Shown in pieces: positions 1 to 8,473 of a DNA stretch of 24,000 bases. Location of the stretch: the NCBI RefSeq assembly GCF_900002575.1, contig NZ_LN650648.1:1565565-1589564 (forward strand), in the 5' to 3' direction. A model generated the notes under the pieces. That model was not told the origin of the DNA. It ran no database searches and was given only the letters and a program-made list of their open reading frames with translations. The DNA is from Romboutsia hominis (GTDB lineage Bacteria > Bacillota > Clostridia > Peptostreptococcales > Peptostreptococcaceae). Within the stretch, counting starts at the first letter, position 1; each line of letters opens with the position of its first letter. A program made the position numbers and the translations under genes.

Positions 1-278
1 TTATCTTTATTAAACTTTACTTCTAAATAATTCCCTAATTTATTTAGCCATTTGTCTATATCTATAATTTCCCCTAATAAAGCCCCTAAAGCTATACAAA
101 CTATAGTCAAAAGTGTATTTTCTCCTTTAAATGCTCCCTCTATTCCTATATATATAACACAAAGTGCTAAACCATTCATTACAGTTGTACTTATTTTTTC
201 ACTTAGTCTTCCCTTGACAATAATTCCTATTATACAACCTAAAACAATAGATATACTATTTACAATAGTTCCTATCAT
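1..278 (-). CDS. DUF554-family integral membrane protein (N-terminal part; gene runs off the left edge)
   Basis: Absent from the ORF track because it has no in-window stop. Reverse strand from ATG (complement of 276-278), preceded by a GGGGGG RBS, reads MIGTIVNSISIVLGCIIGIIVKGRLSEKISTTVMNGLALCVIYIGIEGAFKGENTLLTIVCIALGALLGEIIDIDKWLNKLGNYLEVKFNKD with no stop to position 1. Hydrophobic helices and the N-terminal pattern fit DUF554/YdfK-like proteins. The + ORF 52..348 is its antisense shadow. Confidence 0.7.
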   Translation of the reverse strand, partial: MIGTIVNSISIVLGCIIGIIVKGRLSEKISTTVMNGLALCVIYIGIEGAFKGENTLLTIVCIALGALLGEIIDIDKWLNKLGNYLEVKFNKD

Positions 279-349
279 AATATCCCCCCAATATTTTAAT
301 CCTAAAATTTATCCCTTAAATAATATTATTTACCTCCATTTTATATAGT

Positions 350-838
350 TTAAACTTCTACAGGTATTAAATCATATCCCATACTATGTACAAACTTTTT
401 CAGACCTTCTGAGGATAAATTAACCATCTTTGTATTTATATTAGGATGAAAGTTTAAATTTTGTCCATCTAATACATCTTTATCTATACATAAGGTTACT
501 TTTTTCTCTTCATCATTTATTATAGAAAATGGATTAACACTACCTGGTGTAAGTTTTAATGTGTCATATAGCCTTTCTGCTGATGCAAAAGATAATCTAG
601 TACTTCCTAATTGTTCTTTTAATATCTTTAAGTCTGCTTTTTTATCATCTCTAACTACTACTAGATAATATCTATCTCCTTTAGAATTTTTTAAAAATAA
701 ATTTTTACAATGATTTCCCTTAGCTACATCCTTTATAATCTCTAACTGCTCTGCTGTGTATATTGGTTCATGTTCAAATACTTCATACTCAATATTTAAA
801 TCATCTAATATTTTGTATACTTTAGTCTCTATGTTCAT
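350..838 (-). CDS. YbaK/ProX-type aminoacyl-tRNA deacylase (prolyl-tRNA synthetase-associated editing domain protein)
   Basis: 162-aa ORF with AAGGAG RBS 6 nt upstream. Size and pattern (HCKNLFLKN, YYLVVV, KADLK, LSFAS, PGSVNPF, FHPN) match free-standing ProX/YbaK editing-domain proteins of Clostridia. Confidence 0.75.
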   Translation of the reverse strand: MNIETKVYKILDDLNIEYEVFEHEPIYTAEQLEIIKDVAKGNHCKNLFLKNSKGDRYYLVVVRDDKKADLKILKEQLGSTRLSFASAERLYDTLKLTPGSVNPFSIINDEEKKVTLCIDKDVLDGQNLNFHPNINTKMVNLSSEGLKKFVHSMGYDLIPVEV

Positions 839-887
839 ATATTTCTCCTTATATATTTTGTGATTATATTATTTATATTTAATTATA

Positions 888-1976
888 CTAAATATTAGTA
901 ATTTCTTGTAAGTACTTTAATGGATTTCTAGAAAAATCTTGAAAAGAGCCTTCTGTATATATCACATCTTTTCCTAAAAATCTTTTATATCTTTCTTCTT
1001 CCTTTCTCATAGAGTAATCTTTTTTTCCTTCATGATTATTAAATACCATAATCTTTAAAGGAGGTTTTCTTCTACTACCTTGAACTCTTTTTAACATATA
1101 CTTTATATGTATATCAGAATCAGGGAAAGAATATCCACAAAATACAAGTATATCTGCGTTTCGTAAATTCTTTTCTACTTCTCTCCAAACATTAGATATA
1201 TAAACATTTGACATATCTTTAAAGTATGTAGGTGGTATTATTATAGGTATAGTAGTTTCACCACACTCTAAACATTTAGCATCTTCTATATTATATAATA
1301 ATCTCATAACCCCTCCTTCATAAGGAGTTAATGTTAGGCTGTTACATATAGGGCAGTATAGCCAATTTAATGATCCATGTATTTTATATAGCTTTATAGT
1401 TTTTCCAAATGGTTTTCTCCAGCCATCTTTTACATAAAAGTTAGTAAAATCAACTCCATAATCTAGCATTATATGATTTTTTTCTTCACTATATAAGGAT
1501 GCTATGGTATTATCTACATGTATATCATAGTTTGCACTTATAAATGTTGTCTTTTCTATTAAGTTTGCTTTAGATAAATTATCTACTAATAGCTTATGGT
1601 ATTTGTTATTTCTATTTTCACTTTCATGTATTGCCTTTGCCATTAATAAAATTAAATATTGTCTTAAAAATCTTATGCTATCACTTTTGTTACTTAAATT
1701 TTCCATCCCAAAGTTTTTAAAAGCTTCTCCTCTTTTTTCTGCCAAATCAAGAAGTCCTAATACTTCTTCAAAGGTTGGAAAGTTTACTTTATCTATATTA
1801 TCTTTTGTTATATCTATATCAAACATTTGTTTAAAGAATTTATATAGTTCTTTATTCATGTCACTTTCAAAATCATTATCTTTTAAACTTTTAAAGTAAT
1901 CTACAAAAAGGTCACTTTGTATTGGTAAATTTTCAGCAGCAGATGCTCCTGCTCCAAGGAATATACTTATGTTCAT
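888..1976 (-). CDS. SIR2-family protein (SIR2_2-like motif set plus Cys4 zinc ribbon), stand-alone
   Basis: Motifs read in the translation: FLGAGASAAENLP (NAD-binding glycine loop at the extreme N terminus), SANYD, KIHGSLNW (catalytic His), CPIC-x23-CLEC zinc ribbon, IIPPTYFK, FCGYSFPDSD. Preferred start is the second ATG (MNISIF..., complement of 1974-1976), because the GGAGGG in the first codons of the track ORF (888..1988) sits 5 nt upstream as its RBS. Confidence 0.8.
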   Translation of the reverse strand: MNISIFLGAGASAAENLPIQSDLFVDYFKSLKDNDFESDMNKELYKFFKQMFDIDITKDNIDKVNFPTFEEVLGLLDLAEKRGEAFKNFGMENLSNKSDSIRFLRQYLILLMAKAIHESENRNNKYHKLLVDNLSKANLIEKTTFISANYDIHVDNTIASLYSEEKNHIMLDYGVDFTNFYVKDGWRKPFGKTIKLYKIHGSLNWLYCPICNSLTLTPYEGGVMRLLYNIEDAKCLECGETTIPIIIPPTYFKDMSNVYISNVWREVEKNLRNADILVFCGYSFPDSDIHIKYMLKRVQGSRRKPPLKIMVFNNHEGKKDYSMRKEEERYKRFLGKDVIYTEGSFQDFSRNPLKYLQEITNI

Positions 1977-2084
1977 TTTGCCCTCCATTACTAATTTAAA
2001 GTCTTTATTTATTATATTAAATTTTTTAAAATTTATAATTTATCATAAATTTTCTTAATAAATGATCTATGTTTAGTAAACTAT

Positions 2085-2112
2085 GTAAAAAAACCACCAT
2101 TAAGGTGGTTAT
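2085..2112 (-). terminator. Rho-independent terminator after the DUF1905 gene
   Basis: Stem AACCACC (2092-2098) / GGTGGTT (2104-2110), 5-nt loop. The A-run at 2087-2093 becomes the U-tract on the minus-strand transcript. It isolates the SIR2 gene from upstream transcription. Confidence 0.75.
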
Positions 2113-2123
2113 AAGTTTACTAT

Positions 2124-2582
2124 TTATAATTTAGTGTTTGATTTTAATTTTAAAACTGCTTCTGCTATTCTTTTTTTTCTAGTTTCTTGTTTTTTGGCAC
2201 CTGTTATCCATTGATAGTATTTTTTCTTTGAAGAGTAAGGTAGACTTTCATAAAATTTCATAGCTTCTTCATTTTCGTTAATAGCATTTTTAAAATCACC
2301 TGGTAATTCAATTACCCTTTCCTCTTCATCTTTTTCAATTTCAACAAATACTTTATCTAAAGCTTCTTTACCTATTTCTTTTCTTATGGCTTTAGTTATC
2401 CCTATTATATAACATCCTAGGCCCATATTTACTATAGATCCTCTATATTTGACTCCATCAAATTTAGCTTTTACTTTTATCCTTTTTGCATTAAATTCTG
2501 TTTCAACATCAAATGGTATTTCAATGAATGTAGCATCTTTATCTGGTACTTTCTGTATTATTGCTTCAAACTCATAGATCAT
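2124..2582 (-). CDS. DUF1905 / YdeI(OmpD-associated)-family protein
   Basis: ORF track 2124..2600 begins at a GTG. The ATG 18 nt downstream (MIYEFEAIIQKV...) has a GAGAGGAAAAT RBS. The beta-rich N-terminal half (FIEIPFDV, VKAKFDG) and the C-terminal YYQWITGAKKQETRKKRI motif are typical of DUF1905 plus a YdeI C-terminal bacteriocin-protection-like domain. Confidence 0.7.
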   Translation of the reverse strand: MIYEFEAIIQKVPDKDATFIEIPFDVETEFNAKRIKVKAKFDGVKYRGSIVNMGLGCYIIGITKAIRKEIGKEALDKVFVEIEKDEEERVIELPGDFKNAINENEEAMKFYESLPYSSKKKYYQWITGAKKQETRKKRIAEAVLKLKSNTKL

Positions 2583-2606
2583 ATTTTCCTCTCTAGGCAC
2601 AAATCT

Positions 2607-2990
2607 TTAGTATATATCTTCTCTAACTAGATAATCATTACCATCTTGGTCTTTGAATGAGAATATTTTTCCATAAGGCATTATCATTAATTCTCCTACT
2701 TCAACTTCATTTGATTTCATTTTATTGTAAGTATTTTCTATGTCCCTAGTACTTAAAATTATATTAGGATGATTAACATTTGCTTTTGGATTTTGAGATA
2801 ACATCATATTTTTATCATATATAACAAATGTAGTAAATTCTTCTTTACTTGGTCCAACTTCTAGCCATTTCATAGAAGGTCCCATTTGCTTTTCTAATTT
2901 AACTATAAAGTTCATTTTGTTGATCCAAAACTCTTTAGCCTCTTCTTGATTGTTAACATATATAGTTATTTTTCCTATTTTGTCTATCAT
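2607..2990 (-). CDS. VOC (glyoxalase/bleomycin-resistance/dioxygenase fold) family protein
   Basis: 127-aa ORF with a strong AGGAGG RBS. Size and pattern (KITIYVNNQEEAKEFW, FSFKDQDGNDYLV) fit single-module VOC proteins. Confidence 0.6.
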   Translation of the reverse strand: MIDKIGKITIYVNNQEEAKEFWINKMNFIVKLEKQMGPSMKWLEVGPSKEEFTTFVIYDKNMMLSQNPKANVNHPNIILSTRDIENTYNKMKSNEVEVGELMIMPYGKIFSFKDQDGNDYLVREDIY

Positions 2991-3191
2991 ATAATTTCCT
3001 CCTAAATTGTTGTAAAAAACTACATATTTAATTTTTTATTTCAAGTTCTATAAATTAATTTGAGATAATATTATAAACATATTCTTTTTAAGATTATATA
3101 CCCCAAAAAACAAAATGTATATCTTATTATTAATAAAAATTATGCTAAATTTTTATCATTAACTTACATATTTTTATATCATAAATAAATA

Positions 3192-3225
3192 TAGGCTATG
3201 GAGATTGCTCCATAGCCTAAGTTTT
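3192..3225 (-). terminator. Terminator hairpin downstream of tldD-pmbA (structurally bidirectional)
   Basis: Perfect 12-bp stem TAGGCTATGGAG (3192-3203) / CTCCATAGCCTA (3208-3219) with 4-nt loop. It is flanked by T-rich sequence on both strands (TTTTT at 3222-3226 on the plus strand). Confidence 0.75.
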
Positions 3226-3304
3226 TATCTTATTTATTTTAGTTTTAATAAGATAGCTTCTACTGATTGTTTTTGTATTAATATAAATTATTAGATTTTA
3301 TTAC

Positions 3305-4645
3305 TTATTTACCAGCTATTGATAGCTCCTTAACTATAACAGAAGGAGAACCAACATTACTCATAGGGAATTTTAAATCACTTCCAACTACTTCTATATC
3401 TTTTAATAATTCAAAGTAATTTCCTGCAACAGTTATTTGTTCTATAGGATGAGTCTTAACTCCATCTTTTATATAAAATCCTTTAGCAGCTAATGAAAAA
3501 TCTCCACTTATTGAGTTAGCTCCAGAGTGAAGCCCTGCTAAATCAGTTATCATTATTCCCTCATCAACTATCTTCATAAGTTCATCTAAATCTTTATCTC
3601 CAGCTTCAATATATAAGTTACTACACTCAACACCTATATTTGATGCAAATGATGCTTTAAATCCATTACCAGTACTCTTAGTATTTGCTTTATTTGCAGT
3701 TTTTAAGTTGTGAAGTAATGTATTTAATCTACCACTAGATACTAATTCTTTTTTATAAGTTGCCACACCTTCATCATCAAAAGGAGTTGACCCTAATCCA
3801 TTATCTAAAAGTGGGTTATCAACTATAGTTAAAACTTCACTTCCTATAATCTCACCTTCTTTTTCCTTAAGAAGAGATAATCCCCTTTGTGCAGCATCTG
3901 CACTAAATGTATTTGAGAAAGTTTCAAGAAGTGATGCCATAGCATCTTTATATAGTATAGTTTTATATTTTTTAGATTCTATACTACTTCCATTTAATTT
4001 ACTTATAGCTTCTTTAATACCATCTTTAGCTATTTCTTTTGGATTTAATTTATCTATAGAATTAACTATAGAATATCCTATACCATCTTGTTTTTGACCA
4101 TTATCTTCAACAACAGGTACAACATAAGCCATTAATATATTACTTTTATTATTAAGCTCTAATCCATTAGTGTTATATATGCTATGACTAGATGAACTAT
4201 ATGATATTTTACAACCATTTATATTAGCGACCTTATCGTAAGACTTAGCTTCTTTTTCTATATTAAGTACTAAATCTATCATTTTAGCTGGGTCTATGTT
4301 TTCTAAGTCTTCACTGTAAGTTTTAACTTCGCTATAATTCTTATCACCTTTATATATAAATTGAACATCATCACTTTCTACATTTAAAGCACTTTCCTTA
4401 GCATTTTTTATAAGCATATTTAAGGCATCAAAATCTAGTATTTCAGTAAAAGAATATCCCATTTTACCATTTATTAATCCTCTAAAAGAAAGCCCCTTAG
4501 ATTTTTCTAAGTTGTACTTTTCAACTTCACCTTCATAAACACTTATACTTAAGCTTTCTCCTTGAGTGTAGTATATTTCGCATTCACTAAATCCAGCTTC
4601 TAATCCTTTTTTAAGCAACATTTTTCTAAAAGCATTAAATTCCAT
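3305..4645 (-). CDS. pmbA: PmbA/TldE-family metalloprotease partner
   Basis: 446 aa, 2-nt gap after the tldD stop. Typical PmbA length and C-terminal pattern (GxxSGANxISGDFS, GxGSPxxxV). Confidence 0.85.
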   Translation of the reverse strand: MEFNAFRKMLLKKGLEAGFSECEIYYTQGESLSISVYEGEVEKYNLEKSKGLSFRGLINGKMGYSFTEILDFDALNMLIKNAKESALNVESDDVQFIYKGDKNYSEVKTYSEDLENIDPAKMIDLVLNIEKEAKSYDKVANINGCKISYSSSSHSIYNTNGLELNNKSNILMAYVVPVVEDNGQKQDGIGYSIVNSIDKLNPKEIAKDGIKEAISKLNGSSIESKKYKTILYKDAMASLLETFSNTFSADAAQRGLSLLKEKEGEIIGSEVLTIVDNPLLDNGLGSTPFDDEGVATYKKELVSSGRLNTLLHNLKTANKANTKSTGNGFKASFASNIGVECSNLYIEAGDKDLDELMKIVDEGIMITDLAGLHSGANSISGDFSLAAKGFYIKDGVKTHPIEQITVAGNYFELLKDIEVVGSDLKFPMSNVGSPSVIVKELSIAGK

Positions 4646-4647
4646 GA

Positions 4648-6039
4648 CTAATTCTCCTCTCTTCCACCAACTGTTATTTCTTTTACTCTTATCATTGGTT
4701 GACCTACGTTAGTTGGTATACTTCCAGAAGATGAACCACACATACCTTGTGCTTGTTTTAGATTGTTTCCAACCATATCTATATTCATTAAAACCTCGCT
4801 ACCTTTTCCTATTAAACTAGCACCTCTTACAGGTTCTACTATTTCACCATTTTTAACTAAATAACCTTCTGATACTGCAAAGTTAAATTCACCAGTAACA
4901 GGGTTTACTGATCCTCCACCCATTTTTTTTGCATATAATCCATTGTCTATAGACTTTATTATATCTTTAGGATCATCAGTACCATTAGCTATATAAGTAT
5001 TAGTCATTCTTGAAGTCGGTGCAAATTTATAGCTTTGACGTCTACTACTTCCAGTAGCTTTCATATTCATTCTTCTACCATTTAATTTATCTATCATATA
5101 TGACTTTAGTATTCCATTTTCTATTAATACATTCTTTTTAGTAGGATTTCCTTCATCATCAATATTTGCTGAACCCCAGTGATTAGTTAATGTTCCATCA
5201 TCTATTGCAGTTACCTTAGTTGATGCTATTTGCTGACCTAACTTATCTGAAAATACAGAGTTTCCTTTAGCAACAGAAGTAGCTTCTAGTGAATGGCCAC
5301 ATGCCTCATGAAATATTACTCCACCAAAACCATTGTCTATTGCTACTGTCATTTTACCTGCTGGGCAATTTTTAGCATTTAGCATTGTTACTGCTACACG
5401 AGATGCTTCTTTTCCGTAGTATTCTGGGTCTATTTTTTCAAATAACTCAAATCCCATACTAGCACCAGGTCCTTCAAAACCTGTTTGATTTTCAGTTTCA
5501 TTAGATGCTACAGAGTTTATAGATAGTCTTGTTCTTATTCTTCTATCTTCTACATATAGTCCTTCTGTGTTTGCTATTAATACTTGTTGGTCTTTATCTA
5601 AGTATCCAACACTTACTTGAGATATTAAGCTATTGTATGATTTTGCACTTTTATATGCCCTTTTCATAACGTCTATTTTTTTGTTGTATCCTACAGTGTT
5701 TGGATATATTTTTATAGGATTTATATCTGTTAAAACTTTAGTATTATTTAAAGTTATGCTTATATCTTCTTTTAAGCTACCTAATGCTAAAGCTGCTTTA
5801 TAAGCTGTATCAATTAGTGAGTTTAGGCTATTGTCATTAGTGTATGCATATACACTTTTTAATCCTTTAAATATTCTAATTCCTATACCGTAACTTCTTC
5901 CCCCTAGTGCATTTTCTATTTTTTCATCTATTAAACCTATAGAGTTAGTTATAGTGTCTTCTTCAAATATTTCAGCAAAGTCAGCACCTGTTATTAGGCA
6001 CTTTTCTAATACTTTGGTTGCTATTTCTTTAGATAACAT
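4648..6039 (-). CDS. tldD: TldD-family zinc metalloprotease
   Basis: 463 aa. Contains the TldD HExxxH zinc motif as FHEACGHSLEA and the conserved GMCGSSSGS / PTNVGQP C-terminal region. AGGAGG RBS. Confidence 0.88.
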   Translation of the reverse strand: MLSKEIATKVLEKCLITGADFAEIFEEDTITNSIGLIDEKIENALGGRSYGIGIRIFKGLKSVYAYTNDNSLNSLIDTAYKAALALGSLKEDISITLNNTKVLTDINPIKIYPNTVGYNKKIDVMKRAYKSAKSYNSLISQVSVGYLDKDQQVLIANTEGLYVEDRRIRTRLSINSVASNETENQTGFEGPGASMGFELFEKIDPEYYGKEASRVAVTMLNAKNCPAGKMTVAIDNGFGGVIFHEACGHSLEATSVAKGNSVFSDKLGQQIASTKVTAIDDGTLTNHWGSANIDDEGNPTKKNVLIENGILKSYMIDKLNGRRMNMKATGSSRRQSYKFAPTSRMTNTYIANGTDDPKDIIKSIDNGLYAKKMGGGSVNPVTGEFNFAVSEGYLVKNGEIVEPVRGASLIGKGSEVLMNIDMVGNNLKQAQGMCGSSSGSIPTNVGQPMIRVKEITVGGREEN

Positions 6040-6080
6040 AATTTTCCTCCTATTTACTCGTATATTTATATTATATATAT

Positions 6081-6112
6081 AAAAACACCCGTATACAATG
6101 TATACGAGTGTC
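6081..6112 (-). terminator. Rho-independent terminator after yjjW
   Basis: On the minus strand, CACTCGTATA / TATACGGGTG form a 10-bp stem (one G-U pair) with an ATTG-type loop, followed by TTTTT (complement of 6081-6085). It separates the yjjIW unit from tldD-pmbA. Confidence 0.7.
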
Positions 6113-6131
6113 CTATATTTAAATGATTTAT

Positions 6132-6950
6132 TTATAAGTTATTAGCAATACTTTTTCTAAGCTCTATAAAATTATTTATTTCTTCTTCATTAGGTCCTAC
6201 TTCACCATGAAAATCTAATCCTTCTTTTCTAACTCCATATTTTCTATATGCATTAAACTTATACTTGCACTTATCTTTAATAATCTTTGAAACTTCTATT
6301 ACAGTTTCTTCATTATTTAAATTAGGAGCTATAACAGTTCTAACTTCGTAAAGTTTTTCTATACTTAAAAGATATTTTAAGTTTTTTAACACTATATCAT
6401 TACTTACTCCTGTTAATTTAATATGCTCATATTCATCAATACTTTTAACATCTAGCATAAATTTATCAGTTAAATCAACAAGTTCTTTATGCTCTGTTAA
6501 GTCTATGCTTCCATTAGTATCTATAAAACAAGTAAGGTTTAATTCATATTTAACTTTTTTAAATAATTTTACTAAAAAATCTGAGTTAAGAGTACACTCA
6601 CCACCACTTACAGTTATCCCTTGAATAAATGGACTTATTTCTTTAATTTCTTCAAAAAGTTTATCTACTGAATAGTCTTTAGTTTTAGGGCTTGATAAAT
6701 TATCACATGCTTTAATGCAATCGTCACATCCTATACATTTTTTATCATCCCAAATCACTTTATTATCTATTTTAAATAATGCATCTACCTTGCAAGTTGA
6801 AATGCACTTACCGCAATTTATACACTTATTTATAGTTTCTGGGTTATGACAATAAGTACATTTAAAATTACACCCTTGAAAAAATATAGCGGTTCTATTT
6901 CCTGGTCCATCTATACAAGAAAAAGGAATAATCTTGTTAACTAGTGCCAT
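6132..6950 (-). CDS. yjjW: YjjW-family glycyl-radical enzyme activase (radical SAM)
   Basis: N terminus IIPFSCIDGPGNRTAIFFQGCNFKCTYCHNPET carries the CxxxCxxC radical-SAM motif of GRE activases. Two extra ferredoxin-type CxxCxxCxxxC motifs follow (CINCGKCISTC, CIGCDDCIKAC). Starts 2 nt after the GRE stop. Confidence 0.8.
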   Translation of the reverse strand: MALVNKIIPFSCIDGPGNRTAIFFQGCNFKCTYCHNPETINKCINCGKCISTCKVDALFKIDNKVIWDDKKCIGCDDCIKACDNLSSPKTKDYSVDKLFEEIKEISPFIQGITVSGGECTLNSDFLVKLFKKVKYELNLTCFIDTNGSIDLTEHKELVDLTDKFMLDVKSIDEYEHIKLTGVSNDIVLKNLKYLLSIEKLYEVRTVIAPNLNNEETVIEVSKIIKDKCKYKFNAYRKYGVRKEGLDFHGEVGPNEEEINNFIELRKSIANNL

Positions 6951-6952
6951 AA

Positions 6953-8446
6953 TTAAGCCCTACGCTTTCTATCAAAAGCTTTAGAACCATGTTTTGCATT
7001 CATACCAAATACTGTTGCATTATTTTTAACTGCATTCCCACTTTCAAGCTGATTAACTTCTGATTTTTTAACTAAATATCCTGTAACACGAACTACATCA
7101 CTACTATCTGAATAAGCTGATATATATCTTATTCCAGTTTTAAATGCTCCATCTATAACATTAACTATAGCTTCTGGATTATCTTTATATGTATCTTCAA
7201 ACACAAATATATCACCTATTCCATTAAAGAAATACTTATGATATGGTGCTGATTGTATAATGTGTTTAAATAATTCAGGTTCTTCTCCTACTGGAATTCT
7301 ACATCCTGGAGATATACCTGTATCTGTATCTATTCCAACTTGAGCGTGCATTAAGTGTTGACCTCCAAAACACCCTGTATACTTTGATTTATGTGAAGTT
7401 ACTATAGAATTAATATTTTCTATTATTCTTAACCCTAGTTCATTAGCTTCTTTTGAATATCCAAATCTGTCCTCTTGATTAGTTGCATTTAATAAATGAT
7501 TTACAGCCTCAGCAAGTCCAACTATACCAAACATTCCTGAGAATAACTCTTTTTTAATAAATCCTTCTAATACAAGGAAGTTTGATTTAAAGAATGCTGC
7601 TTCTTCTACTAAAAATCTTATTCTTTCATCTATATACTCAAGCATCTTTTGTGTAACAAAAGGTATTTTATTTTCTATAAAATCATCAACAGAACTTGAT
7701 TCTTCTGCTAATCTACTAAGAACAAGTCTAACTAGGGTATATCCCCCTCCACCTATTAAAAATCCATTGTAACAACTTGCAAGTGCATATTTTTCAGTTT
7801 TAAAATCAACAACATCCATCTTATGATTTGCAAAACTTGGCTTAGCTGTAGATAATGCTGTTTGTGCACATAGTGCTATAAATTCTTTTGATGTTAAGTC
7901 TTTATCATATTTAACTGTTAAATTTGGTACTGCACATTGTAATTCGCTCATTGCTTTAAGTATAAGTCTACCAGCTTTAGTATCTATTGGACCTATGTTT
8001 GCATGAACAAATGAATCAGTAAGTGTTCTATCTATGTGTTTTAAGTATAATTTTATAGCCTTGTAAGCTTCTTCTTCATCTTTTACAAAAGGCTCTAAAA
8101 GTTCATCTATATTCCCTAAATATACTGGATATGATGTTATTGATGGAACATGCTTGTAAAATATTAATAAGTTATTAGTTGCTTCCCATATATCATTAGG
8201 TACATCAAGTTCTAAAAACTTGCATCCTTCTTTCATTAGTTTTTCATAATCTGGTATAACATATCTTGGTCTGTAAGGAGCATTACCTTCAAACATTGTG
8301 CATATTATATTTTTTTCTAGCAAAGGTTTAGTTTCTTCATCTATATTTAATACATTAAGAGTACTTTCTCCTTGACCTGCTAGCTGTAGTACTTGTTGAT
8401 TATAAGTTAAAGTTTCATTTTTTATAATGTTTAGTGCTTGGTTCAT
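6953..8446 (-). CDS. yjjI: YjjI-family glycine radical enzyme (short GRE, function unknown)
   Basis: 497 aa. The C-terminal VVRVTGYLV matches the glycyl-radical fingerprint RVxG[FWY]. An immediately adjacent dedicated activase, and a size of about 500 aa rather than about 800 aa, fit the YjjI family. Confidence 0.75.
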   Translation of the reverse strand: MNQALNIIKNETLTYNQQVLQLAGQGESTLNVLNIDEETKPLLEKNIICTMFEGNAPYRPRYVIPDYEKLMKEGCKFLELDVPNDIWEATNNLLIFYKHVPSITSYPVYLGNIDELLEPFVKDEEEAYKAIKLYLKHIDRTLTDSFVHANIGPIDTKAGRLILKAMSELQCAVPNLTVKYDKDLTSKEFIALCAQTALSTAKPSFANHKMDVVDFKTEKYALASCYNGFLIGGGGYTLVRLVLSRLAEESSSVDDFIENKIPFVTQKMLEYIDERIRFLVEEAAFFKSNFLVLEGFIKKELFSGMFGIVGLAEAVNHLLNATNQEDRFGYSKEANELGLRIIENINSIVTSHKSKYTGCFGGQHLMHAQVGIDTDTGISPGCRIPVGEEPELFKHIIQSAPYHKYFFNGIGDIFVFEDTYKDNPEAIVNVIDGAFKTGIRYISAYSDSSDVVRVTGYLVKKSEVNQLESGNAVKNNATVFGMNAKHGSKAFDRKRRA

Positions 8447-8473
8447 ATATTTTCCCCCTATAATTTATATTAA

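Noticed and set aside
52-348. 98-aa + strand ORF (MSISIISPNKAPKAIQ...)
   Set aside because: Low-complexity I/P/S-rich translation with no RBS. It is the antisense shadow of a convincing minus-strand DUF554 membrane-protein gene (1..278) that has a strong RBS.
1603-1899. 98-aa + strand ORF inside the SIR2 gene
   Set aside because: Antisense to a motif-rich CDS. The L/S/K/F-rich product is typical of AT-rich antisense frames, and there is no RBS.
1977-1988. Track-proposed upstream starts (SIR2 at 1988, DUF1905 GTG at 2600, AraC GTG at 12730, kdgK TTG at 23140)
   Set aside because: In each case an ATG a few codons downstream is preceded at proper spacing by a GGAG/GGAGG motif, and that motif lies within the proposed extension. 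The shorter start is more plausible, though unproven.
3305-8446. Reading TldD/PmbA plus radical-SAM/GRE as one RiPP or microcin-type biosynthetic cluster
   Set aside because: A terminator lies between the two units. I could find no precursor-peptide ORF, transporter or immunity gene. TldD/PmbA pairs are widespread housekeeping genes. The idea is kept only as a low-interest note.
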